The notes below the pieces were generated by a model. It was not told the DNA's origin and searched no databases. It saw nothing but the letters and a program-made list of their open reading frames with translations. DNA of 64,000 nt from an uncultured Spirochaetota bacterium (GTDB lineage: Bacteria; Spirochaetota; Spirochaetia; SZUA-6; Fen-1364), in NCBI GenBank assembly GCA_963734545.1, contig CAVTHO010000008.1, forward strand, positions 800,001 through 864,000, in the 5' to 3' direction. A program made the translations under genes and the position numbers. Shown here in pieces: positions 56,921 through 64,000 of the stretch. How positions within the stretch are numbered: the first letter of the stretch is position 1; each line of letters starts with the position of its first letter.

Positions 56921-58720
56921 GTGAATGAATTGCCCCCCTTCGACGTGTACGGGGACGCAAAGGTCATCACCCGGATCTTCAACTCATTCATTGCAGTGAT
57001 CCTGGTGTCGCTCATGGTGGGGATTGTCATCATCCTCGCGACAAAGGATGCAATCCGGGCAGTGAGCATCGGCCTCAGCCTCCCCTTCGTGCTGGCAGCC
57101 GCCCTCTTCATCCGATGGAAACGCTTCGAGCGGGCGGCCGTGTCTCTGGCGGTCGTGCTCCTCGGCCTCTGCACGGCGGTCGCGACCCAGGGATTGGGCA
57201 TCCACGACATCAGCAATCTGGGGATCGCATCCGTCCTTATCATCGCGAGCATGGTGACAAAGAAGCGCACCATGGTGTTTCTCACCCTCTTTGCTGTCGC
57301 CTGCCTCGCCTGGCAGGTGTTCGGCGAGCTGGCGGGGGTGTACCGGCCTTCGGCGCTCGTGCACAGCGTCCCCGGTGATTTCATTACCGCCTCGCTCATC
57401 ATCGGGGCCACCGCTTTCATGGTCCGCCTGTTGTCGGAGGCCCTGTTTCAGAGTCATCGTCAGCTGCACAGCGAATTGCGGGAGCGGAAGAGCGCCGAGG
57501 TGCAGCGCGAGGCGTTGACTCACAAGCTCGAGCAGACGCAGGAGCAATTCCTGCAATCGCAGAAAATGGAGGCCATGGGACGACTGGCCGGCGGCATTGC
57601 CCACGACTTCAACAACGTCCTCACGATTATCGGAGGCTACTCGGAATTGCTCCGGGAGGACGTCTCTTCGACCGAACCCCAGAGGGGTTACACGGAGGAG
57701 ATCGCCAAGGCTGCCCGGCGCGCCGCTGGGCTGACCCGGCAGCTCCTTGCCTTCAGCCGGAAGCAGGTGCTCCAGACCCAGGTCGTGGACTTGAACAAAG
57801 TGGTCCGCGGCATGGAGGGCATTCTTACGCGCATCATCGGAGAGGACATCGAGCTCTCCACGGTCCTTGCCCCGGGACTCGGCCGGGTGAGAGTGGACTC
57901 CTCGCAGATCGAGCAGGCTATTCTGAATCTTGCCGTCAATGCGCGGGACGCCATGACGAAGGGCGGGAAGCTGATTCTCGAGACCTCCGAAATCATCCGC
58001 AATGAAGCCGGGCCGGGCGGACAAGACGGACCGCTTCCGGGGCGCTGCGTGATGCTTCGGGTGAGTGACACCGGAGGCGGTATGACCCCCGAAGTCCTCA
58101 GCCATCTGTACGAGCCTTTCTTCACAACAAAGGAGCAGGGCAAGGGCACGGGGCTCGGTCTCTCCATGGTCTACGGCATCGTGACCCAGAGCTCGGGCTC
58201 AATCGAGGTCGACTCGACTCCGGGGCGCGGGACGAGCTTCAGGATCTTCCTGCCGATTGTTGACGAAGCGCCATTGGAGAGCCGCCCGGATGGCCCGGAG
58301 CGCGGCCCCTACCGGGGCTCGGAAAGCGTGCTGATCGTCGAGGACGAACCGGCGGTTCTCGAGTTCGCCGTACGGGTCCTGGCGGACAAAGGATACACGG
58401 TCCTGCGCGCCACGCACGCGGCAGAGGCGCTGCGAATCTGCCGCGAAAACGAGACGCCCATCCACCTCGTCGTGACCGACATGGTCATGCCGGGCGGCAT
58501 GAACGGGCGGGAGCTGGCTCGCGAGCTTTCCCAAACGCGCCCGGGCGTGCCGGTGCTTTTCATGTCAGGCTACGTGGCCGACGCCATGGATGACGGCGGC
58601 GCGGCCGAGGAACCGATCCACCTGCTGGAGAAGCCTTTCACCCCCGCCTCCCTCGCGCAGAAGGTTCGCGATGTGCTCGACACCCCGAACAGACAAGCCG
58701 CAGCTCCGGAGCCTGAGTGA
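56921..58720 (+). CDS. Membrane-bound hybrid sensor histidine kinase with C-terminal receiver (CckA-like)
   Basis: About 5 TM helices, QSQKMEAMGRLAGGIAHDFNN, NARDAM, EPFFTTK, GTGLGL, then VED...TDMVMP...KPF. Confidence 0.92.
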   Translation: MNELPPFDVYGDAKVITRIFNSFIAVILVSLMVGIVIILATKDAIRAVSIGLSLPFVLAAALFIRWKRFERAAVSLAVVLLGLCTAVATQGLGIHDISNLGIASVLIIASMVTKKRTMVFLTLFAVACLAWQVFGELAGVYRPSALVHSVPGDFITASLIIGATAFMVRLLSEALFQSHRQLHSELRERKSAEVQREALTHKLEQTQEQFLQSQKMEAMGRLAGGIAHDFNNVLTIIGGYSELLREDVSSTEPQRGYTEEIAKAARRAAGLTRQLLAFSRKQVLQTQVVDLNKVVRGMEGILTRIIGEDIELSTVLAPGLGRVRVDSSQIEQAILNLAVNARDAMTKGGKLILETSEIIRNEAGPGGQDGPLPGRCVMLRVSDTGGGMTPEVLSHLYEPFFTTKEQGKGTGLGLSMVYGIVTQSSGSIEVDSTPGRGTSFRIFLPIVDEAPLESRPDGPERGPYRGSESVLIVEDEPAVLEFAVRVLADKGYTVLRATHAAEALRICRENETPIHLVVTDMVMPGGMNGRELARELSQTRPGVPVLFMSGYVADAMDDGGAAEEPIHLLEKPFTPASLAQKVRDVLDTPNRQAAAPEPE

Positions 58721-58734
58721 TTGCAGAATCCATC

Positions 58735-59349
58735 CTATGACCCGGCCGCTGCCCGGGCGTGACTACGGATAAGCTCGACAAAGTAGCGATGCATTCTGCT
58801 GTCCCCCGTCAGTTCCGGGTGGAACGCTGCAACGAGCATATGCCGCTCCCGGGCCGCAACGATCGTTCCATCCGGGAGACGGGCGAGCACTTCCACTTCA
58901 GCCCCCACTGAGGCAATGGCGGGTGCGCGGATGAAGACAGCGCGCATTGGCGGGTCTCCCAGCACCGGAACCGGGATCAGCGTCTCAAAGGACTGGAGCT
59001 GACGACCGAAGGCATTCCTGCGCATGCGAAGGTCCATGAGCCCCAGGAGAGGCTGGTCGAGCCCGCCGATGTCACGGGCAAGCACGATAGCGCCGGCGCA
59101 CGTGCCGAACACTGGCATTCCCGCCGCGATGCGTTCGCGGGACAGACCCAGCAGGCCGCAGTCATGCATGAGCTTGCCGATGGTCGTGCTCTCCCCGCCG
59201 GGAATGACGAGGCCGTCCACCTCTGACAGCTGTCGTGTCGTTCGAATCTCCACGGGCTCGACGCGCGCGAAGGATTCCGCGTTCAATTCGCGCAGAATGG
59301 CGACGTGCTCGGAAAAATCCCCCTGGAGGGCGAGGACGCCGATCCTCAT
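58735..59349 (-). CDS. pdxT: Pyridoxal 5'-phosphate synthase glutaminase subunit
   Basis: GVLALQG, PGGEST, GTCAG, RNAFGRQ, FIRAP and FHPE motifs. Confidence 0.96.
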   Translation of the reverse strand: MRIGVLALQGDFSEHVAILRELNAESFARVEPVEIRTTRQLSEVDGLVIPGGESTTIGKLMHDCGLLGLSRERIAAGMPVFGTCAGAIVLARDIGGLDQPLLGLMDLRMRRNAFGRQLQSFETLIPVPVLGDPPMRAVFIRAPAIASVGAEVEVLARLPDGTIVAARERHMLVAAFHPELTGDSRMHRYFVELIRSHARAAAGS

Positions 59350-59353
59350 CGTG

Positions 59354-60241
59354 TCACCTGCCCCGGGCAGCCAGGAGCATCTCCCGGGGAATGGCGTTTA
59401 TCTCGAGGCCCGGCATGGCCCCGCCCAGTCCCCGGGATACACGGGCAATGACCGCGGGGTCCCGAAAGTGCGTCGTGGCCTGCACGATGGCCGACGCGCG
59501 CCGGGCAGGGTCCTCTGACTTGAAAATCCCTGAACCCACGAAGACTCCGTCAGCGCCCAGCTGCATCAGGAGCGCGGCGTCAGCCGGAGTGGCCAACCCG
59601 CCCGCGGCGAAGTTCACGACCGGAAGCCGTCCTTCCCGGGCAACCTCTGCGACCAGGTCGTAGGGGGCGTTCAGGTTCTTCGCCTCGGCAGCCAGCTCTT
59701 CAGGTGACGCGGCGTGAAGGCGGCGGATCGCGCTCTGCACGGCACGCATGTGGCGCACGGCCTCCACCACGTTGCCCGTCCCTGCCTCGCCCTTGGTGCG
59801 GACCATTGCGGCCCCTTCTGACAGCCGTCGGAGAGCCTCCCCGAGGTCCCGGCAGCCGCACACGAAGGGAACACGGAAGGCGTTCTTGTCGATGTGGTGC
59901 TCCTCGTCCGCGGGGGTGAGGACCTCGGACTCGTCCACGTAGTCGATGCCGAGAGACTCCAGCACCTGCGCCTCGACGAAGTGGCCGATGCGGCACTTCG
60001 CCATGACGGGGATGGTCACGGCTTCCATGATCTGCAGGATCAGCTCCGGGTCGCTCATCCGCGCCACGCCCCCGGCAGCCCGGATGTCGGCGGGAACGCG
60101 TTCCAGCGCCATGACCGCGCATGCGCCGGCGTCCTCCGCGATCCGCGCGTGGTCCACGGTCGCCACATCCATGATGACGCCGCCTTTCAGCATCTGCGCC
60201 AGACCCTTCTTGGTGAGCCACGTCGACTGTTCCATCTTCAT
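59354..60241 (-). CDS. pdxS: Pyridoxal 5'-phosphate synthase lyase subunit
   Basis: [37 protein letters not shown] and [14 protein letters not shown] motifs. Confidence 0.97.
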   Translation of the reverse strand: MKMEQSTWLTKKGLAQMLKGGVIMDVATVDHARIAEDAGACAVMALERVPADIRAAGGVARMSDPELILQIMEAVTIPVMAKCRIGHFVEAQVLESLGIDYVDESEVLTPADEEHHIDKNAFRVPFVCGCRDLGEALRRLSEGAAMVRTKGEAGTGNVVEAVRHMRAVQSAIRRLHAASPEELAAEAKNLNAPYDLVAEVAREGRLPVVNFAAGGLATPADAALLMQLGADGVFVGSGIFKSEDPARRASAIVQATTHFRDPAVIARVSRGLGGAMPGLEINAIPREMLLAARGR

Positions 60242-60259
60242 TCCTCCCACGGTTGTAAG

Positions 60260-60320
60260 ATACGCTGCAAATGGTATAATAAAAGATCCAATATTCGATG
60301 GATTGATTGGGCCATTAACA
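60260..60320. promoter_or_regulatory. AT-rich divergent pdxS/pdxR control region with repeated ATGG/CCA(A/T)T boxes
   Basis: AATGGTATAATAAAAGATCCAAT and GATGGATTGATTGGGCCATT; MocR-type regulators bind such short direct/inverted boxes (inference). Confidence 0.45.
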
Positions 60321-60346
60321 GGCGCGGGGAAGGGGTGAAGCGAGGG

Positions 60347-61876
60347 ATGTGGGCGGACAACCTGATTGTGGCGCTGGACAATACGAAGCGAGGGTCGCCG
60401 CGTTTTCGCCATCGGCAGGTGTTCACCCAGATTCGCGACGCCATCCGGGACGGCACACTCCGATCCGGGGATCGGCTCCCGGCAACCCGGGAACTGGCGC
60501 GTACCCTCGGGCTCGCGAGAAACACCGTCGCGCGCGCATACGAGGACCTGCTCACTGAAGGCTATGTCGAGGGAAGGGTCGGGTCCGGCACGTACGTGTC
60601 GTTCGGTCTCGGCAGGTGGCCCCCTGGCGCGGGAAAGCCCGGAACGCGCATGGCCCCTTTGCTGCAAGAGCCGGGAAAGGGCCCATCGGGCCGGCATCTT
60701 CCCTTGCGCGGCGGACCGGCGGGCGCCGACGCTGCGTCGCTGCCGATCGACTTCCGTCCCGGCATCCCGGACTGGGATGCATTTCCCCGGGCATTGTGGC
60801 TGCGGCTCCTGGGCAGGGCGCTGCGCGCGAATGCGGCCGAGCTGCGGAGGTACGGTGAGCCCGGTGGGCACTTTCCTCTTCGGGAGGCGATTGCGCGCCA
60901 CCTCGCCGTCTCACGGGGCGTCGTCTCCGAGCCGGGCCAGGTGGTGATTGTCAACGGGTCGCAGCAGGCACTCGATCTCATTGCGCGCCTGTTCGTCGGG
61001 GCCGGCGACACCGTGGCCCTGGAGGACCCCGGTTATCCCGATGCGCGGCACGTGCTTGCCGGCCCCGGGTCCCGCCCTCTCTTCGTTCCCGTCGACGAGG
61101 ACGGGATCGACGTGGGCGCACTGGAGAAGATGACGCGCGCCCGCGCTGCGCCACGGCTTCTCTACGTGACGCCCTCGCACCAGTTCCCTACGGGCGCGGT
61201 TCTGACCCTCTCCCGACGCCTGGCCCTTCTGAGCTGGGCGGTACGCCGCAATGTCCTCATCGTGGAAGACGACTACGACAGCGAGCTCCGCTCTCCGGGG
61301 CGCCTCGTGGAGTCCCTCCAGGGCCTCGACCGCTCCCGGAAGGTCGTCTACGTCGGGACGTTCTCCACGGTCCTTTTCCCTCCGCTCAGGATCGGTTACG
61401 TGGTGCTTCCGCCCGAAATGTCGGAGCCGTTCATTCGAGCCAAGTGGCTGGCTGACCGGCAGACGCCGACTCTCGAACAACTGGCCCTTGCCGATTTTCT
61501 TCAGGAGGGTCACTTCGAGCGTCACCTCAGGCGCATGCGTCGGCGTGTCGCCGCGCGGCGGGCAGTCATGCGTGCTGCGCTCGCCCGACACCTCGGTGAA
61601 TCGATCGAGATCTCCGATTCCAGCATGGGAATGCACCTCATGGTGCGGTTGACCATGGCACGCCGCGGAGTGCCTGCCGCTGAGATAGAGAAACGTGTGC
61701 TTGCCCTTTCGGCGGAACAGGGGGTCGCGGTTTACCCCGTCAGTCCCTGCTATTCACGGCCGCCTCGGCATGCCACTTTTCTTCTCGGGTATGCTGCGCT
61801 CAGCGAGGATCTCATCCGGGAGGGGGTTGAGAAGCTGGCAGGGGCGGTAGCGGCTGCTTTCAACCGCCGCCGTTGA
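60347..61876 (+). CDS. pdxR: MocR/GabR-family PLP-responsive regulator (PdxR)
   Basis: GntR HTH ([11 protein letters not shown]...RNTV..AY), then aminotransferase-like [16 protein letters not shown] and EDDYDSE; divergent from pdxST. Confidence 0.9.
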   Translation: MWADNLIVALDNTKRGSPRFRHRQVFTQIRDAIRDGTLRSGDRLPATRELARTLGLARNTVARAYEDLLTEGYVEGRVGSGTYVSFGLGRWPPGAGKPGTRMAPLLQEPGKGPSGRHLPLRGGPAGADAASLPIDFRPGIPDWDAFPRALWLRLLGRALRANAAELRRYGEPGGHFPLREAIARHLAVSRGVVSEPGQVVIVNGSQQALDLIARLFVGAGDTVALEDPGYPDARHVLAGPGSRPLFVPVDEDGIDVGALEKMTRARAAPRLLYVTPSHQFPTGAVLTLSRRLALLSWAVRRNVLIVEDDYDSELRSPGRLVESLQGLDRSRKVVYVGTFSTVLFPPLRIGYVVLPPEMSEPFIRAKWLADRQTPTLEQLALADFLQEGHFERHLRRMRRRVAARRAVMRAALARHLGESIEISDSSMGMHLMVRLTMARRGVPAAEIEKRVLALSAEQGVAVYPVSPCYSRPPRHATFLLGYAALSEDLIREGVEKLAGAVAAAFNRRR

Positions 61877-62965
61877 GACTATCGGGGCCGATATGTGATC
61901 GTCGCACACGCCTCGGTAAGGTTTGGCGCCCTGACGTGGGCGCTGATTGCCAAGCAGGACGTCTCCGAGGCATTTGCATCCGCGAACCGGCTGACGTTTG
62001 TCCTTGCCCTCGCCATGAGCGCCGCGGCCGTGCTGGCGGCGGCCGTGACCCTGTGGGCTGCTGGCAGGGTTGTGCGGCCCGTGCTCCGTCTGGCAAGCGC
62101 GGCAGAGGCAGTCGCCGCCGGCGATCTGAGCGTCGAACCGGAGGTGCCTGCCGCGCGCCGGGACGAGCTGGGCGTCCTGGCTGAGGCATTCCACAGCATG
62201 ACCGCCCAGCTGCGAGGTCTCATCTCCGGCCTCGAACAACGCGTGGACGAACGCACGGCCCAGCTCCAGGCGGCCAACCGGGAGCTGGAGTCCTTCACAT
62301 ACTCCGTTTCCCACGACCTGCGCGCCCCTCTGCGGGCAATCGACGGGTATGCGCAGATCATCGAGGACGAATACCAGGCGAAACTGGATGACGAGGGCAG
62401 GCGCGTGCTCGGGATTGTGCGTGGCGAAGCGAGACGCATGGGGGACCTGATAGACGACCTGCTCCGGTTCTCCCGCCTCGGCCGACATCCCCTCCAGAAA
62501 CGGATTACCGACATGACCGGGCTCGTGAGAGAGGTCTTTGCCGAACTTGAGCGGGGGGCCGCAGAGCGGCGGGTGGAACTGCGCCTCAGCGCATTGCCCG
62601 GGGTGGAGGCAGATCCGGGGCTGATCCGGCAGGTGTGGGCGAATCTCCTCGAGAATGCATTCAAATTCACGAGCGGGAAAGACCTTGCGGTCATCGAGGT
62701 GAGCGGCAGCGTGCAGGGTGCCAACGCGGTCTACTGCGTCCGGGACAACGGGGCCGGTTTCGACATGAGACACGCGGACAAGCTGTTCGGCGTCTTCCAG
62801 AGGCTCCACCGGGAGGACGAGTTCGAAGGAACCGGCGTGGGTCTTGCCCTGGCGCACCGCATACTCGAGCGGCATGGAGGCCGCATCTGGGCCGAAGGGG
62901 AAGAGGGTCGGGGGGCCGTCTTCCGGTTTGCGCTTCCGGCAGAAAGGAGATCTCCTGATGAGTGA
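61877..62965 (+). pseudogene. 5'-truncated dCache-HAMP sensor histidine kinase
   Basis: Begins mid-Cache domain (DYRGRYVIVAH...WALIAKQD) directly after the pdxR stop; one TM, HAMP, YSVSHDLRAPLR, NAFKF, FQRLH and GTGVGL. First TM and most of the sensor are missing. Confidence 0.7.
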
Positions 62966-63428
62966 TGCGAGAGACTCTTCGAGCCCGGGTGTCGACATCC
63001 TGCTCGTAGAGGACAATCCTTATGATGGGGATCTGACCCTCCGCGTGCTGAAGCAGAACAACCTTGCCAACCGCTTCGTGTGGGTGCAGGACGGGTCAGC
63101 CGCGCTCGAGCTCCTCCTGCCCGATCCGGGATCAGGGAAGCGCTGTCCCGACCCTCTTCCCCTGCTGATCCTGCTTGATCTGAAACTCCCCAAGGTGGAC
63201 GGGCACGAGGTCCTCCGCCGACTGAAGGGAGATCCCCGAACAAGGACCGTGCCGGTCGTGGTCATGACTTCCTCCAGCGAGGAGGTCGACATCCTGAAGA
63301 CGTACGACCTGGGAGCAAACAGCTACATCGTGAAGCCTGTTGACTTCCAAAAGTTCGCGGAAGCGGTGCGACAGTTGAGCATGTACTGGCTCCTTTTGAA
63401 TCAACCGCCGGGCAAAGCGGACCGCTGA
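62958..63428 (+). CDS. Single-domain response regulator (Rcp-like)
   Basis: ILLVEDN, LLDLKLPKVDG, TSS and GANSYIVKPV motifs; AGGAG RBS. Confidence 0.92.
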   Translation: MSDARDSSSPGVDILLVEDNPYDGDLTLRVLKQNNLANRFVWVQDGSAALELLLPDPGSGKRCPDPLPLLILLDLKLPKVDGHEVLRRLKGDPRTRTVPVVVMTSSSEEVDILKTYDLGANSYIVKPVDFQKFAEAVRQLSMYWLLLNQPPGKADR

Positions 63429-63500
63429 GAGGGGGGCCCGCGCGACGCGCGCAATCTGCAGCTTGAGTCGCGGGCCCGGCGGTGCGATACTGCTGCGCAG

Positions 63501-64000
63501 ATGGCGGCCAATCGGAAGAAGACGTCCCGGACAGGCTCGAACGACCAGCTTCTCTCATACGAGGAGAAGCGCTTCCAGAGCATCTTTCAACACTCGGCGG
63601 TCTCACTCTGGGAGGAGGACATCTCCGCGCTTCGTGGCGCCCTGGATGCGCTGCGTGCGCGCGGCGTCGTCGACCTGCGGAAGTACCTCGACGAGCACCC
63701 GGAGTTCCTGACCGAGGCGGCGCGGATGATCACCGTGATCAACGTCAACGAGGCCACCCTGGCGCTCTACGAGGTGGCCGACTCCCGGCAGCTCCTGGGT
63801 CCGCTGGATCGGACGCTCGACATGGAGGACCCGGTGACGCGCGCGTCTCTCCGGGACGATGTCCTCCTGATTGCGGAGGGAGGAACAAGTGCGGAGAGGG
63901 AATCCAAGGCCACCACCCCCTCCGGCCGGAAGCTCGACATCGTCATCAAGCTGTCCATCCCCGGCCGGCACGACCCCTACCCCCACATGCTCGTGAATGT
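63501..64000 (+). CDS. PAS-domain signalling protein, N-terminal part (runs off the window)
   Basis: Manual translation: MAANRKK...RFQSIFQHSAVSLWEEDIS...YLDEHPEF...INVNEATLALY, a PAS-type N-terminus. Confidence 0.8.
   Translation, partial: MAANRKKTSRTGSNDQLLSYEEKRFQSIFQHSAVSLWEEDISALRGALDALRARGVVDLRKYLDEHPEFLTEAARMITVINVNEATLALYEVADSRQLLGPLDRTLDMEDPVTRASLRDDVLLIAEGGTSAERESKATTPSGRKLDIVIKLSIPGRHDPYPHMLVN

Noticed and set aside
61874-61876. Selenocysteine or readthrough TGA joining PdxR to the kinase
   Set aside because: PdxR is already full length, no evident SECIS follows, and the fusion would place an extracytoplasmic fragment after a cytoplasmic regulator.
42557-64000. Prophage, ICE or IS at tRNA-Val or tRNA-Ala
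   Set aside because: No integrase, transposase, phage or conjugation genes and no att duplication seen in the window.

Overview
GC-rich bacterial chromosome segment, most likely from an uncultured Spirochaetia. This is inferred from a DUF2259-type protein, the eukaryote/archaeal-type ProRS and spirochaete-style hypotheticals around lspA. The first ~42.5 kb is mostly housekeeping and metabolic: sugar ABC transporter with LacI regulator, ppiC, divergent cydDC/cydAB, a fused ECF sigma/RskA protein with a YVTN-cupredoxin partner, G1P dehydrogenase, a LolCDE-like exporter with LolA-like and OM partners, acyl-CoA dehydrogenase/EtfBA with a ferredoxin-fused EtfA, a bacterial ceramide-synthase (bCerS/YghO)-like GNAT, lspA, purLQ, proS, aroF and two tRNAs. 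After tRNA-Val the region looks accessory. Its centrepiece is a tightly coupled nine-gene operon (44212-53437) encoding a UbiA prenyltransferase, an OYE flavoenzyme, an ACP, an alpha-oxoamine synthase (Spt-like), a DAG/sphingosine kinase, a ThiL-like kinase, a ketosynthase, an extended SDR and a radical SAM enzyme. The operon sits behind a clear sigma-54 promoter with a paired upstream activator site and an IHF-like site. I do not recognise it as a described pathway. The best hypothesis is biosynthesis of a modified sphingoid/aminolipid in which a lipid alcohol is doubly phosphorylated and then transferred by UbiA. Regulators, pdxST-pdxR and a two-component cluster follow. About eight frameshifts (including in purL and cydA) most likely reflect long-read indel errors. 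All protein calls come from motif recognition by eye; no database searches were run.
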